Positions 9,966 through 20,694 of a DNA stretch of 64,000 nucleotides are shown piece by piece. The notes beneath the pieces were generated by a model that had not been told where the DNA came from, did not search any database, and saw only the letters and a list, made by a program, of their open reading frames with translations. Position numbers and translations under genes: made by a program. Source of the stretch: an uncultured Chloroflexia bacterium (GTDB lineage: Bacteria > Chloroflexota > Limnocylindria > Limnocylindrales > CSP1-4); contig CAVSXG010000002.1 in NCBI GenBank assembly GCA_963731865.1, positions 874,692 through 938,691 on the forward strand. The letters are read 5' to 3'. Every line of letters starts with the position of its first letter. Position 1 is the first letter of the stretch.

Positions 9966-10210
9966 CTGATCGCCACGGCGAGCGAGCCCCGATCCGTCGA
10001 CACGACGGCCGTCAGCCCCGACGCCTCGGCGTAGTCGGCAAGGGCGGCGCGCACCTCGTCCTCACCCCCGGTTGCGGCCAGCATCATGCGGACCACCGCC
10101 GCTTCGATCTCGGGGTTGGCCGACACCTCATTGCCGAAGCAGACCAGCACCCGGCCGCCGTCTGGCAGATCGAGTTCCATGAATCCGTCGTCGGCCTGCT
10201 GCGGTGTCAT
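9962..10210 (-). CDS. hypothetical small acidic protein (82 aa from ATG 10210; ORF extends to 10276)
   Basis: MTPQQADDGFMELDLPDGGRVLVCFGNEVSANPEIEAAVVRMMLAATGGEDEVRAALADYAEASG. Lies just downstream of the cyclase gene on the same strand. Confidence 0.5.
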   Translation of the reverse strand: MTPQQADDGFMELDLPDGGRVLVCFGNEVSANPEIEAAVVRMMLAATGGEDEVRAALADYAEASGLTAVVSTDRGSLAVAIS

Positions 10211-10300
10211 GCCACCACTGTGCCGGAGGGCAGCTTTCGACGGAGCGAAGGAAGCGCCTCCGAATAGACAAGCCACGTTGCATCCGGCGCCGATGTGCCG

Positions 10301-11173
10301 TCATGTCGCGAGGAGGAACACCTGGATCGGCGACTCCAGGCCCTTGAGAGTGTGAATTCCGCGCTCCTCGAACCGGAGGTCGCTGCCCTCCACCATTGCG
10401 CGCGTGATCGACGAGACGATGATCTCGGATGCGCCCCCCAGGGCCATGACCCGCGAGGCCGCGTGGACGGCGACTCCTCCGATGTCGTTCGGCAGCACCT
10501 CCACCTCACCCGTATGAACCCCGATGCGGAGCTCGATCCCCAGGCCACGTACCGCCTCGCGCATCGCAGCCGCGCAGCGTAGAGCGCCGGCAGCGCTTCC
10601 AAACGTCGCCAGGAAGCCATCCCCAGTGGTGTTCACCTCTCGGCCTCGGAAGCGATCGAACTGCGCGCGGATAAGGCGGTTGTGTTCGGCGAGCACCTGC
10701 CGCCATGCCGCGTCGCCGAGCCTGGTCGCGGTGAGGGTCGAGTCGACGATGTCGGACACAAGGAGGGTCGTAACGAGGCGCTCGTGCTCGCCCGGCACGC
10801 CGAGCGCGCCGATATTGCCCAACACGTCCACGACGACCACCGGCTCATCCCCAACGACCCAGACGTCATGCCCGGGCGGGATGTTCATGACGTCACCGGG
10901 CGCGAATTCGACGGCCTCGCCGTCGTCCATCTCGACGCGCAAGCGACCCTGCAGCATCAACTGAAGATGGTGGATCTGGCACGACGGAGTTCCCTGGATC
11001 GGCTTCAAGGATGTCGACCAACGAAAGCCCGGCTCCAGGATTCCGCGACCCATCGTCACGGAGCCGATGTGCACCAGCTCGACGATCCCCTTGGGGAACC
11101 GGCGCACGTCATCCGGCGCGTCGAAGCTCTTCTGCTGGATGGCGGCGACGGCACGTCTCTCGCGCTCGGGCAT
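10301..11173 (-). CDS. cupin domain-class III adenylate/guanylate cyclase
   Basis: C-terminal LVSDIVDSTLTATRLGD...NTTGDGFLATFGSAAGALRCA...IGVHTGEVE (class III cyclase motifs). N-terminal cupin-like PPGHDVWVVGDEP. Start set at ATG 11173 because the longer ORF would overlap the tRNA. Confidence 0.85.
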   Translation of the reverse strand: MPERERRAVAAIQQKSFDAPDDVRRFPKGIVELVHIGSVTMGRGILEPGFRWSTSLKPIQGTPSCQIHHLQLMLQGRLRVEMDDGEAVEFAPGDVMNIPPGHDVWVVGDEPVVVVDVLGNIGALGVPGEHERLVTTLLVSDIVDSTLTATRLGDAAWRQVLAEHNRLIRAQFDRFRGREVNTTGDGFLATFGSAAGALRCAAAMREAVRGLGIELRIGVHTGEVEVLPNDIGGVAVHAASRVMALGGASEIIVSSITRAMVEGSDLRFEERGIHTLKGLESPIQVFLLAT

Positions 11174-11197
11174 ATCCTGGTTCACGGTCAGATCAGG

Positions 11198-11272
<75 letters not shown>

Positions 11273-11343
11273 ACGAGGCCGGGATGATACCGCAGCAAGC
11301 GATCCGGCAGCCAACGGCCGACCGGCGGTGCGAGAAATGCACC

Positions 11344-11682
11344 TCATTCGGCGAGTGTGGCCGCCAGCTTCTTCGGCGCCGTCAGCCGCCAGGCCTGGCG
11401 AAGGAGCGATTCGAGTTCGTCGAGGTCGACACGCTCCAGGTTCACCTCCACCCAGCCAAACCGGCCGACGTAGGCGGCGTAGACAAACGTGTCGGGGTCC
11501 CGGTCGATCAGGTCCTCCTGCACGAAGGGCGTGGACTTGATCGAAACTCGGGTTGCCCCCTCGGCGGAGATCGCAAAGATCTTGTTCCGGACGCGGAACG
11601 TCGCATCCGTCTCCCACGTCAGGATCTCGGTCGCCTCCGGGAGGCCGAGGGAGATCAGTCGGACGTCATCGAACGTGGCCAT
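11344..11682 (-). CDS. MmcQ/YjbR-family protein
   Basis: 112 aa, MATFDDVRLISLGLPEATEILTWETDATFRVRNKIFA...GRFGWVEVNLERVD. Typical YjbR-like pattern. Confidence 0.75.
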   Translation of the reverse strand: MATFDDVRLISLGLPEATEILTWETDATFRVRNKIFAISAEGATRVSIKSTPFVQEDLIDRDPDTFVYAAYVGRFGWVEVNLERVDLDELESLLRQAWRLTAPKKLAATLAE

Positions 11683-11730
11683 CAGCCCAGCGTCCGTCGA
11701 GTGTCGACCGACGCGACAGCCGGCACCGGA

Positions 11731-13266
11731 TTAGCGCTCCTGGTTGTCGATCTGGGCGCGCTGGAGGCGACCGCTGAAGTCGACGTAGATCGACTTCCAC
11801 TCGGTGAAGGTGTCGAGTGCCGCGTGACCGGCCTCGCGATGGCCGTTACCGGTCTCCTTCCAGCCACCGAAGGGCAGGTGTACCTCCGCGCCGGTGGTGC
11901 CGGCATTGACGTACACGATCCCCGTCTCGAAGTCGCGCATGGCCCGGAACGCCTGGTTCACGTCGCGCGTGAAGATCGATGAGGACAACCCGTATCGCGT
12001 CTGGTTGACGGCGGTCATGGCCTCGGCGTAGTCGGCAACCGGGATCACCGACAGCACTGGTCCAAAGATCTCCTCCTGGCCGATCCGGTCCATCGGTCGG
12101 ACGCCAGAGAAGATCGTCGGCTCGAAGAAGTGGCCGTTCGCCAGGTCGCCGTCCGTCGCGCGCCGGCCGCCGGTGACGAGCTCGCCCTCAGCCTGGCCGA
12201 CCTCGATGTACGAATCGACCTTGTCGACGGCGCCGCCGTTGATCAGGGGTCCGACATCGGTCGTTTCATCGAGACCGGGGCCCAGCCGCAGCTTGCGTGC
12301 GCGAGTCTCGAGACGCTCGAGGAGTGGCTCGACGACGGTCCGATCAACGATCACGCGTGAGCAGGCGGTGCAGCGCTGGCCGGTCGTGCCAAAGGCACTC
12401 CACAGGATCCCGTCGGTGGCGAGATCCAGGTCAGCGTCGGCGAGAACCACGACGGCGTTCTTGCCACCGAGCTCGAGCGAGAGCCGCTTCAGCTGCCGGC
12501 CCGCCTTCTCGGCGATCTGGCGCCCGGTCACCGAGCTGCCGGTGAACGAGATGACCTCGACGTCGGGGTTGCGGACGATCGCGCTGCCGACCTCGCCGCC
12601 GGTTCCCGTCACGAGACTGACCACACCGGGCGGAAACCCGGCCTCGGCCATCAGCTCGACGAGGAGGGTCGCGCAGTGCGGTGTGTCGCTCGCCGGCTTG
12701 AAGATCACGACGTTCCCGGTCACGAGCGCCGGCATCATCTTCCAGCACGGGATCGCCATCGGGAAGTTCCAGGGCGTGATGATCCCGGCGATGCCGATAG
12801 GTTGGCGGATGCTCATCGCCCACTTGTCGGGCAGCTCGGACGGCGTCGTGTCGCCGAACATCCGACGGCCCTCGCCGGCCATCAGGTAGGCGATGTCGAT
12901 CCCCTCCTGGACGTCGCCCCGCGCCTCGGACAGGACCTTGCCCATTTCGCGAGTCATCGCCCGGGCGAGCCGTTCCTTGTGCTCGGCCATCAGCGCACCG
13001 AAGGCGTAGAGGATCTCGCCCCGCTTGGGCGCTGGTGTCCGCTGCCACATGGGTCGGGCTGCCCACGCCGCGCTCACCGCCATCGCGATGTCAGCCGCCG
13101 TCCCCTGCTGGAACCGTCCGATTAGGTCGCGCGTGTCGGCCGGGTTGCGGCTCTCGAACGTCGCGCCGGACGTGGACGCGCACCACTCCCCGGCGATGAA
13201 GTTGCGGAACGTGGGGACGTCCGGCGCGGTGTCTCGTGTTGTGGTTTCGACGGTCTCGGTCATCAC
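11731..13266 (-). CDS. NAD(P)-dependent aldehyde dehydrogenase
   Basis: 511-aa intact ORF with FTGSSVTGRQI, LELGGKNA and the catalytic GQRCTACSR motif. Confidence 0.92.
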   Translation of the reverse strand: MMTETVETTTRDTAPDVPTFRNFIAGEWCASTSGATFESRNPADTRDLIGRFQQGTAADIAMAVSAAWAARPMWQRTPAPKRGEILYAFGALMAEHKERLARAMTREMGKVLSEARGDVQEGIDIAYLMAGEGRRMFGDTTPSELPDKWAMSIRQPIGIAGIITPWNFPMAIPCWKMMPALVTGNVVIFKPASDTPHCATLLVELMAEAGFPPGVVSLVTGTGGEVGSAIVRNPDVEVISFTGSSVTGRQIAEKAGRQLKRLSLELGGKNAVVVLADADLDLATDGILWSAFGTTGQRCTACSRVIVDRTVVEPLLERLETRARKLRLGPGLDETTDVGPLINGGAVDKVDSYIEVGQAEGELVTGGRRATDGDLANGHFFEPTIFSGVRPMDRIGQEEIFGPVLSVIPVADYAEAMTAVNQTRYGLSSSIFTRDVNQAFRAMRDFETGIVYVNAGTTGAEVHLPFGGWKETGNGHREAGHAALDTFTEWKSIYVDFSGRLQRAQIDNQER

Positions 13267-13291
13267 CGGAGTCTAGCGATGTGGGCGACGG

Positions 13292-13786
13292 TCAGTCCCG
13301 CGTGGCCAGCCATTCACGGATCGACGACTCGTGCTCGTCGTGGAGATGGCCGAAGAGGTCGACCTCTGCAATGGAGGCACCCTCGAGCCACGGGAACACG
13401 TCTCGTTCGACAACCATCTCGGTCGGAAGCGACTCGATGGCCGCCGCCAGCCTGACGTACGACTGGTCGACGTCGTCGAGGACATCTCGGGCAGGTCGGC
13501 TCGCATCCCGCTCGTGGAACCAGGTGTTGATCTCGTCATCATCGTCGAGCTCCGGGGGCCAGGGCGACGCAGGTTCCGGCCGGCCGGCGGCGGCAGCTTC
13601 GTATCTCGCGATCGACCGGTTCCGCCATCCGAGCAGGTGCGACGCGAGATCCTTGAACGACCAGTCGCCCATCGGCCCAGGGTCGTCCATGCGGTCCTCG
13701 CCGACCTCCTCGACCAATCCGCGCCATAGCGCACGCTCCTCCTCGATCTTTTCGAGCACGCGGCCCTTTGAATCCGCTTGATTCAC
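13292..13786 (-). CDS. DinB/ClbS-like four-helix-bundle protein
   Basis: AGGAGG then GTG at 13786. VNQADSKGRVLEKIEEERALWRGLVEEVGEDRMDDPGPMGDWSFKDLASHLLGW...HLHDEHESSIREWL. Confidence 0.7.
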   Translation of the reverse strand: MNQADSKGRVLEKIEEERALWRGLVEEVGEDRMDDPGPMGDWSFKDLASHLLGWRNRSIARYEAAAAGRPEPASPWPPELDDDDEINTWFHERDASRPARDVLDDVDQSYVRLAAAIESLPTEMVVERDVFPWLEGASIAEVDLFGHLHDEHESSIREWLATRD

Positions 13787-13799
13787 GCCGAACCCCTCC

Positions 13800-15038
13800 T
13801 CAGACCCGCTCGAACGCGGCGGCGACCGATCCACCGCCACCGAGGCAGAGTGTCGCGAGCCCATACCGGGCCTCGCGCCGTCGGAGCTCGTGGAGCAGCG
13901 TGGCCACGATCCGCGCCCCGCTTGCGCCGATCGGGTGGCCGAGCGCGATCGCGCCGCCATTGACATTGACCTTGTCCCAGTCGAACCCCAGCTCGCGACC
14001 ATCGGCCAGGGTCTGGGCAGCGAATGCCTCGTTGATCTCGATCAGGTCGAATGCGTCGATCGGAAGCTCGATCCGATCGAGCAGCCGTCGGACTCCCTCG
14101 ACCGGTGCGAGGAACAGCCACTTCGGGGCTACCTCGGCCTGGGCATAGCCGACGATCCGAGCCAGCGGCTTCAGGCCCAGCCGCTCCACCACGCGTTCAG
14201 AGGCGAGGACGGTCGCGGCCGCGCCGTCGGTGATGCCGGGGGCATTGCCGGCCGTGACGGTGCCCTCGGTCGCATTGCCGCGATCCTCGCCGTCCGGGAG
14301 GGCAAAGACCGGCTTGAGGCGGGCGAGGGCCTCCGCCGTCGAGTCGCGCCGCGGGCCTTCATCCGTCGTCACCACCGTCTCGCGACCCTTGGCATCGCGG
14401 ACCGTCACGGGCGCCGTCTCGGCTTCGAACCGACCCTCGTCGATGGCCGCGATCGCCTTCTGATGGCTGCCGAGTGCAAACGCATCCTGGTCCTCGCGGT
14501 TGACCTGGTCCTTGATCGCGACGCGTTCGGCATGCGTGCCCATGTGGCAGCCTTCGATCGCGCACCACAGGCCGTCGTGCACGGTTGCGTCGATGACCTC
14601 CGCGTTGCCGAGCCGGTAACCGAATCGGGCGCCGGGCAGGAGGTACGGGGCGCCGTTCATCGATTCCATGCCACCCGCCACGGCCACTTCGGCGTCGCCG
14701 GCCCGGATCTCGGCGGCCGCGAGCATGATGGCCTTGAGTCCAGAGCCACAGACGCGGTTGATGGTCGTGGCGCTTGTCGTGTCGGGAAGACCGGCGCGCA
14801 GCGCCGCCTGGCGAGCGGGCGCCTGTCCGGCCCCGGCCTGGAGGACCTGACCCATCAGGACCTCGTCGATCGGCGTGCCATCGGGCAGCCCAGCGCGTTC
14901 CACGGCGGCCCGGATCGCGACGCCACCGAGCTCGACCGCGGGGACCGCGGCCAGGGCGCCGCCAAACTTGCCGATCGGGGTGCGGGCGGCGCTGACGATG
15001 TAGACATGACCGTTCTGGCCGAGGGCGGGCTGGGTCAT
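13800..15038 (-). CDS. acetyl-CoA C-acetyltransferase (thiolase II)
   Basis: 412 aa, VYIVSAARTPIGKFGG, NRVCGSGLKA (Cys nucleophile), NEAFAAQ, NVNGGAIALGHPIGASG, CLGGGG. Confidence 0.93.
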   Translation of the reverse strand: MTQPALGQNGHVYIVSAARTPIGKFGGALAAVPAVELGGVAIRAAVERAGLPDGTPIDEVLMGQVLQAGAGQAPARQAALRAGLPDTTSATTINRVCGSGLKAIMLAAAEIRAGDAEVAVAGGMESMNGAPYLLPGARFGYRLGNAEVIDATVHDGLWCAIEGCHMGTHAERVAIKDQVNREDQDAFALGSHQKAIAAIDEGRFEAETAPVTVRDAKGRETVVTTDEGPRRDSTAEALARLKPVFALPDGEDRGNATEGTVTAGNAPGITDGAAATVLASERVVERLGLKPLARIVGYAQAEVAPKWLFLAPVEGVRRLLDRIELPIDAFDLIEINEAFAAQTLADGRELGFDWDKVNVNGGAIALGHPIGASGARIVATLLHELRRREARYGLATLCLGGGGSVAAAFERV

Positions 15039-15108
15039 GGGCCGAATCTACACCGGCCGCGCCCGAAGGCTGGCGCACTCGGATATGTTTCCGCGCCCCG
15101 CTGGTGAT

Positions 15109-15884
15109 ATGCGACCGATAAGGCGGCCGTCACACACTGCTGGCGTGGATGACCTTCGCGTGGGTAGCGCCCTGCGCATGATCCGGATCAGGAAGCGCAT
15201 CCGCCAGAAGGATCTCGCAGCCTCCGCGAGGGTGTCTCCGACGCTGGTTGGTCGAATCGAACACGGCCGGCTTGCCAATGTCCCGGTCGGATCGATCCGC
15301 CAGGTAGCGCATGCCCTGGATGCTCGCGTCGACCTGGTGGTCCGTTGGCACGGTGGCGATCTGAGTCGGTTGATCAACGCGCGGCATTCGCGATGCACGA
15401 AGCCGTGGCACAAACCTTCGCGACGTTGACGGGTTGGCTAGCCGAGCCCGAGGTCTCGTTCTCGATCTACGGTGAACGTGGCATCATCGACATCCTGGCT
15501 TGGCATTTGCAGACCCGATCCCTCCTTGTCATCGAGCTGAAGACCGAGCTCGTGGACGTCAATGAGCTCATGGGCAGTCTCGATCGCAAGCGACGGCTGG
15601 CGATGGAGGTCGCGCGCCAACGCAGGTGGCGGCCTGCAGCGATCTCAAGTTGGGTCGTGTTGGCAGACAGCCGCACCAACCACCGGGCGCTCTCGAGTCA
15701 CGAGACGGTCCTGCGCACCAAGTTCCCGGACGATGGACGGAGGCTCCGAGGCTGGCTGCGCGACCCTGACGAGGCGTTGCACGCGCTCAGTTTCCTGCCA
15801 TCGATCCACGCTGTGGAGCTTGGGCGCGACCTGGCGCCGATTCGGCGCGTCTCCCGGCCACGACCGGGTGCGCGGCGAGCGTGA
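15109..15884 (+). pseudogene. XRE-type HTH protein with C-terminal nuclease-fold-like domain, single 1-nt frame break near 15391
   Basis: Frame 1 gives LRMIRIRKRIRQKDLAASARVSPTLVGRIEHGRLANVP...VVRWHGGDLSRLINARHS. It continues in the frame of ORF 15345-15884 as AMHEAVAQTF...SFSIYGERGIIDILAWH...LVIELKTELVDVNE. Only 2 nt (cg, 15391-15392) separate the two frames. Confidence 0.7.
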
Positions 15885-16027
15885 CCTGGAACCGGCGGGG
15901 CGATGGAGCGGGCCTGGCCGCCACGGGGTCGGGCCCAAGCGTCACTGGATGGATCGATGGCATGGTTGTCGCGGGAACTGGCGCATTGGCCCCGGCGTGC
16001 CTGGCGCATCGGCGCTGGCGCCGGCGT

Positions 16028-17191
16028 TCAGCCGCTGACCCCCTTGAGCAGCTCGTCGGCGACGATGAGCCGGTGGATCTGGTTGGTGCCCTCGTAGATC
16101 TGGGCGCCCTTCGCGTCGCGCATCAGGCGCTCCACGCCGGTCTCTCGTGAGTATCCGCTTGCGCCAAAGAGCTGCACGGCATCCGTCGTCACGCGCATGG
16201 CGGCATCTGACGCGGTCCACTTGGCGATCGACGAGACCTCCGCCAACGGCTCTCCGCGATCCTTGGCACGGGCGGCTTCGCGGGTCACGGCGCGCGCCGC
16301 GGCGACCTCCCGGGCCATCTCGGCGAGCATGAAGCGGAGGCCCTGCTGCTCGATGAGGGGCGCTCCGAACGCCCGCCGTTCGGTGAGGTACCGCGCCGCC
16401 GCCTCCAGCCCCGCTCGGGCGATCCCGACGCACCCCGCGGCGATCGAGATCCGGCCCTCACCGAGGGCAGAGAGGGCGATCTTGTAGCCCTCCCCTTCTC
16501 CGCCGAGGCGGTTCGCGACCGGGACCTCTGCGCCATCGAACACGAGCTCTGTCGCCGGGCAAGCCCGGATCCCCATCTTTCGCTCGTGCGCTCCAAATCG
16601 GAAGCCGGGCGTGCCCTTCTCGACAAGGAACGCGGTGATCCCCTTCGCACCCAGCGCCGGATCGAGCGTCGCGAACACGAGGTATCGCTCGGCTTCCGGG
16701 GCGTTCGAAATCCAGATCTTCGTTCCGGTCAGCTTGTATGACTCAGGGGCGTCGGCCGGCCCGATGCGTTCGGCTCTCGTCCGGATCGCGGCGGCATCGC
16801 TGCCAGCGTGGGGCTCGGTCAACGCGAAGGCGCCGAGTGCCTCGCCGGCGAGCATCGTTGGGAGCCACCGCGCGTGCTGCTCCGGTGTCCCCCATGTCAC
16901 GACCGGGTACTGCGACAGGAGGTGCACGGAAAGCGACACCGCCATGGCCATGTCGACCGCTCCCAGCTCCTCCATGACGAGGGTCCAGCCGAGATACGAG
17001 AAGCCGGCCCCGCCGACCGATTCGGGAAGCGGCGCCGAAGTCAGCCCCAGCTCGCCCATCTTGGTAAAGAGCGACCGGTCGTACCGCTCGGCCTCGTCGC
17101 GTTCGAGTGCGCCGGGGGCAAGTTCGCGGGTCGCGAACTCGCGCGCCGTCGCCTGGAGCAGGTGCTCCTCCTGGGTCAGCTCGCCGCTCAA
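16028..17191 (-). CDS. acyl-CoA dehydrogenase (short/branched-chain type)
   Basis: Intact ORF with typical ACAD motifs (LTEPHAGSDAAA, GEGEGYKIAL, IYEGTNQIHRLIVA). Start proposed at TTG 17191, overlapping the upstream TGA (TTGA). The longer ORF would overlap the hbd-like gene. Confidence 0.88.
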   Translation of the reverse strand: MSGELTQEEHLLQATAREFATRELAPGALERDEAERYDRSLFTKMGELGLTSAPLPESVGGAGFSYLGWTLVMEELGAVDMAMAVSLSVHLLSQYPVVTWGTPEQHARWLPTMLAGEALGAFALTEPHAGSDAAAIRTRAERIGPADAPESYKLTGTKIWISNAPEAERYLVFATLDPALGAKGITAFLVEKGTPGFRFGAHERKMGIRACPATELVFDGAEVPVANRLGGEGEGYKIALSALGEGRISIAAGCVGIARAGLEAAARYLTERRAFGAPLIEQQGLRFMLAEMAREVAAARAVTREAARAKDRGEPLAEVSSIAKWTASDAAMRVTTDAVQLFGASGYSRETGVERLMRDAKGAQIYEGTNQIHRLIVADELLKGVSG

Positions 17192-18065
17192 CGGGCGAGC
17201 CGTTCTGGTCGTGGATACACGTGAAAGCCGCGTCCCGTCTTCTGGCCAAGATGACCGGCCTCCACGAGTTCCACGAGCACGCGCGGCGGCGCGAAATGGT
17301 CGCCCTCGAGACCTTCGTCGAGGACTCGCATGACCCCAAGACACACGTCGAGGCCAATGAAGTCCGCGAGCTCGAGGGGACCCATCGGGTGGTTGAGGCC
17401 GATCCGGGCGCCGGTATCGATGTCTTCGGCGGTCCCGAGCCCGTCTTCGAACGCGCGCATCGACTCGGCGAGGAACGGCATCAGGATCCGGTTGACGATG
17501 AACCCCGGGCGGTCGGCGGACACGATCACCTGTTTGCCGAGCCGCGCCGCGACCTCGCGGATCGCGTCCTCCGTTGCGTCGCTCGTAGCGGCCCCCCGGA
17601 TGAGCTCGATCAACGGCATGACCGGGACCGGGCTGAAGAAGTGCATCCCGACGAATCGCCTTCGCCGCTCCGGCGAGACGGCCTCCGCCAGCCGCGCGAT
17701 CGAGATCGAGCTGGTGTTCGAGGCGAAGATCGCGGAATGGACCGCAAGCACATCGAGCTCGCGCCAGAGGCTCGTCTTGATCGCCGCGTCCTCGTAGATG
17801 GCCTCGACCACGAGGTCGGCATCGTGGACCGCTCCGACATCATCGGCGAGCGAGATCCGGCCGAGGGTCGCGTCGCGTTCGGCGTCGTCGAGCCGGCCCT
17901 TGGCGACGGCCCGGTCGAGGTTGCCCGCGATCCGGTCACGACCCGCTTCCGCCCGAGCGAGGTCCGGCTCGTAGAGGATGACGCCCATGCCGGCGGCGGC
18001 GTGGACCTGGGCGATCCCGTGGCCCATGAGACCCGCACCGGCGACGAATACTCGCTCGACGGTCA
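17188..18065 (-). CDS. 3-hydroxyacyl-CoA (3-hydroxybutyryl-CoA) dehydrogenase
   Basis: MTVERVFVAGAGLMGHGIAQV (Rossmann), FASNTSSISI, GMHFFSPVPVMPLIE, DRPGFIVNR. Confidence 0.92.
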
Positions 18066-18076
18066 TGGCAATGAGC

Positions 18077-19276
18077 CTACTCGCCCGGGGCTGGAACCGG
18101 GAGCCGGAACGACGCCCGGCCGACCCCCAGGATCCCGACCGCGACGACCGCGAGCAGCGCCGAGACCAGGAAGCTGGCGCGGTACCCCGCCGCGTCCACG
18201 ACGAACCCGAGCGCGACCGGGGCAATGCCGAACACGATGTCGAGGAAGACCGTGGTGGTTCCAACAACGGTGCCGCGCTCGCTCGCCGGGACCCGTGACA
18301 CGGCGAGCGTGAGCAGCGCTGGCATCGTGAACGCGACGCCGGAGGCGAAGACAAGCGTTCCTGCCATCAGGCCCGCTGACGTTGGGACGAGCCCGATCAC
18401 GGCAAGCCCGACGGCTGAAATCGCGAGCGCAACCCCGGACAGTCGTGCCGCGCCGAACCGGTCCGGCCATGTCGCGCCGATGACCCGCAGGACGACCACC
18501 ACGAGCGCATACGCGGTCAGGGGCAACCCGGCCCCGTCCATCCCGACCTCTGGCGTGTACAGGGGCAGATAGGAGAAGAAGCCCGCCATGCCGAACAGGC
18601 CAAAGAGGATCACGATCCCGGGGAGGATCCCCGCGGGGTGGATCAGCATTCGACGGGCTGATGCATCGGGACCGCTGCCCGTCACGTTCGGCGCCGATTC
18701 CGAGACGAATACCGACTGCGCGACGGCGATCCCGGCGACCACGGCCGCCGTGAGCCAGACCGCGAGATACGAACCCGAGGCGAAGATCCACTCGGCGATC
18801 GGCGGACCGATCGCGATGCCGAGATAGAGCGACAGCGAGAGGTAGCTGATCGCCTCGCCTCGCCGTTCGGGTGGGGCGATGTCGCTCGCCGCGGCAAGGG
18901 CCGCAACGAAGAAGAACGCCTCCCCGGCACCCAGCGTGCAGCGAGCCAGGGTGAACAGGAGGAGGTCGCCGGCCACGACGTGGAGCAGCATGCCGACCAC
19001 GGTGAGGAGCGACCCGCCGATGAGCAGTGGCCGACGTCCGAACCGGTCCGCCGACCAACCGACTACGGGCCGGAGCAAGAGCGACGCGATGCTGAACGAG
19101 CCGATCGAGAGTCCGAACCCGAGGGCATCGGCGTCCAGGGCGAGCTTCGCGAACCGGGGTGCGATCGGCAGGACAAGACCACCGGCCACGAAGAATGCGA
19201 GCGTGGCCGCGGCGAGGACGACAAACGCCGGGGTTGCAAGACGAGGCTTGGCCGCCTCGGGCGGTGAGGCGGTCAA
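18077..19276 (-). CDS. MFS transporter
   Basis: 399-aa hydrophobic ORF, 12 TM-like segments, DRFGRRPLL motif. 4-nt overlap with meaB. Confidence 0.85.
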   Translation of the reverse strand: MTASPPEAAKPRLATPAFVVLAAATLAFFVAGGLVLPIAPRFAKLALDADALGFGLSIGSFSIASLLLRPVVGWSADRFGRRPLLIGGSLLTVVGMLLHVVAGDLLLFTLARCTLGAGEAFFFVAALAAASDIAPPERRGEAISYLSLSLYLGIAIGPPIAEWIFASGSYLAVWLTAAVVAGIAVAQSVFVSESAPNVTGSGPDASARRMLIHPAGILPGIVILFGLFGMAGFFSYLPLYTPEVGMDGAGLPLTAYALVVVVLRVIGATWPDRFGAARLSGVALAISAVGLAVIGLVPTSAGLMAGTLVFASGVAFTMPALLTLAVSRVPASERGTVVGTTTVFLDIVFGIAPVALGFVVDAAGYRASFLVSALLAVVAVGILGVGRASFRLPVPAPGE

Positions 19277-20265
19277 CCCGGATCGGGCCGCCCGAGTCCG
19301 TCGAGCAAGGCGTCGGCCGCGGTGTACGGATCGAGCTCGTGTGCGGCCACGGCTTCCAGCGTCGTCCGGGTCGACGCATCGTTCGCCTCGTCATGGAGCC
19401 GCGACCGCAAACGGTCGGTCACGATCGCCCAGACCTGTGCCTCTGCCCTGGCCAGCCGCGCGGGCGCCGAAACGTCTGCTCGACCCGCCGCTCGATGGCG
19501 GTCGAGCGCCGTGAGCAACTCCGGGACGCCGGCCCCGGTCGCCGCGGTCGTGATCAGGACCTCTGGACGCTTTGGTCGGGGTCGCGACGGGTCGGTATCC
19601 CGACCGGCCGACGCGACGAGCATCGCCCGGAGCTGGGCCGCCGTCCGTTGCGCGCCCGGCTTGTCGCCCTTGTTGACCACGACCAGATCGGCCACCTCGA
19701 GGAGGCCCGCCTTGATCGCCTGGACCTCGTCGCCCATCTCGGGCGCCTCCAGGACGACGGTCGTGTCGGCGGCAGCGGCCACCTCGACCTCGCTCTGGCC
19801 CGTGCCAACCGTCTCGAGCAGGATCAGGTCAAACCCCGCGGCGTCCAGGACGGCGGCTGCGGCGGTCGATGTCGACGCCAGCCCGCCGGCGTGGCCGCGT
19901 GACGCCATGGAGCGGATGAACACGCCGTCGTCACTGGCATAGGACTGCATCCGGACGCGATCCCCGAGCAGCGCGCCACCCGTGATTGGGCTGGATGGGT
20001 CCACGGCCACGACCGCGACCGAGCGGCCAGCGGCGCGGACTTCCGCGATCAAGGCCGAGACCAGCGTGGACTTGCCCGACCCGGGCGGTCCAGTGATCCC
20101 GACAAGGTGCGCCCTTCCAGCCGTCGGATAGAGCCGTCGCATCGCGGCCTCGGCCACCGCCGTCCGGTTCTCGACCGCGGTGAGGAGCCTGGCCAGCGCT
20201 CGTCGATCGCCCGCGATCGCGGCATCGGCCAGCTCGTCGGCGATGGCCGCGGCGCCGGGCATCAA
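19273..20265 (-). CDS. meaB: methylmalonyl-CoA mutase-associated G-protein chaperone (MeaB/ArgK)
   Basis: 330 aa, [14 protein letters not shown]-loop, [15 protein letters not shown]. Confidence 0.92.
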   Translation of the reverse strand: MMPGAAAIADELADAAIAGDRRALARLLTAVENRTAVAEAAMRRLYPTAGRAHLVGITGPPGSGKSTLVSALIAEVRAAGRSVAVVAVDPSSPITGGALLGDRVRMQSYASDDGVFIRSMASRGHAGGLASTSTAAAAVLDAAGFDLILLETVGTGQSEVEVAAAADTTVVLEAPEMGDEVQAIKAGLLEVADLVVVNKGDKPGAQRTAAQLRAMLVASAGRDTDPSRPRPKRPEVLITTAATGAGVPELLTALDRHRAAGRADVSAPARLARAEAQVWAIVTDRLRSRLHDEANDASTRTTLEAVAAHELDPYTAADALLDGLGRPDPG

Positions 20266-20666
20266 TCGCGGGGGTGTGCGTTCGCCCGCAGGAAGGTGGC
20301 GACCTGCGCGATCGTGGTGCCGGGACCGAACACCTCGGCGACACCGGCCTCGCGCAGGGCCGGGACGTCAACGTCGGGGATGATCCCGCCGACCGTCACC
20401 AGGACGTCGTCCATGCCCCGATCGCGGAGCAGGGCCGTCACCCGGGGCACGAGCGTCATGTGCGCCCCGGACAGGATCGACAACCCGACCACGTCGACGT
20501 CCTCCTGGAGCGCCGCGGTGGCGATCATCTCGGGTGTTTGCCGGAGCCCGGTATAGACGACCTCGAAGCCTTCGTCCCGGAGACCGCGCGCCAGCACCTT
20601 CGCACCCCGGTCGTGCCCATCGAGACCGGGCTTGGCGATGAGCACCTTGAGTGGTCGGTCGGCCAT
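20262..20666 (-). CDS. acyl-CoA mutase B12-binding small subunit
   Basis: ATG 20666: [40 protein letters not shown] (DxHxxG cobalamin motif), GLSILSGAH. Confidence 0.92.
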   Translation of the reverse strand: MADRPLKVLIAKPGLDGHDRGAKVLARGLRDEGFEVVYTGLRQTPEMIATAALQEDVDVVGLSILSGAHMTLVPRVTALLRDRGMDDVLVTVGGIIPDVDVPALREAGVAEVFGPGTTIAQVATFLRANAHPRD

Positions 20667-20694
20667 GCGCCGATTGTAGGCGAGCGATCTCGAC

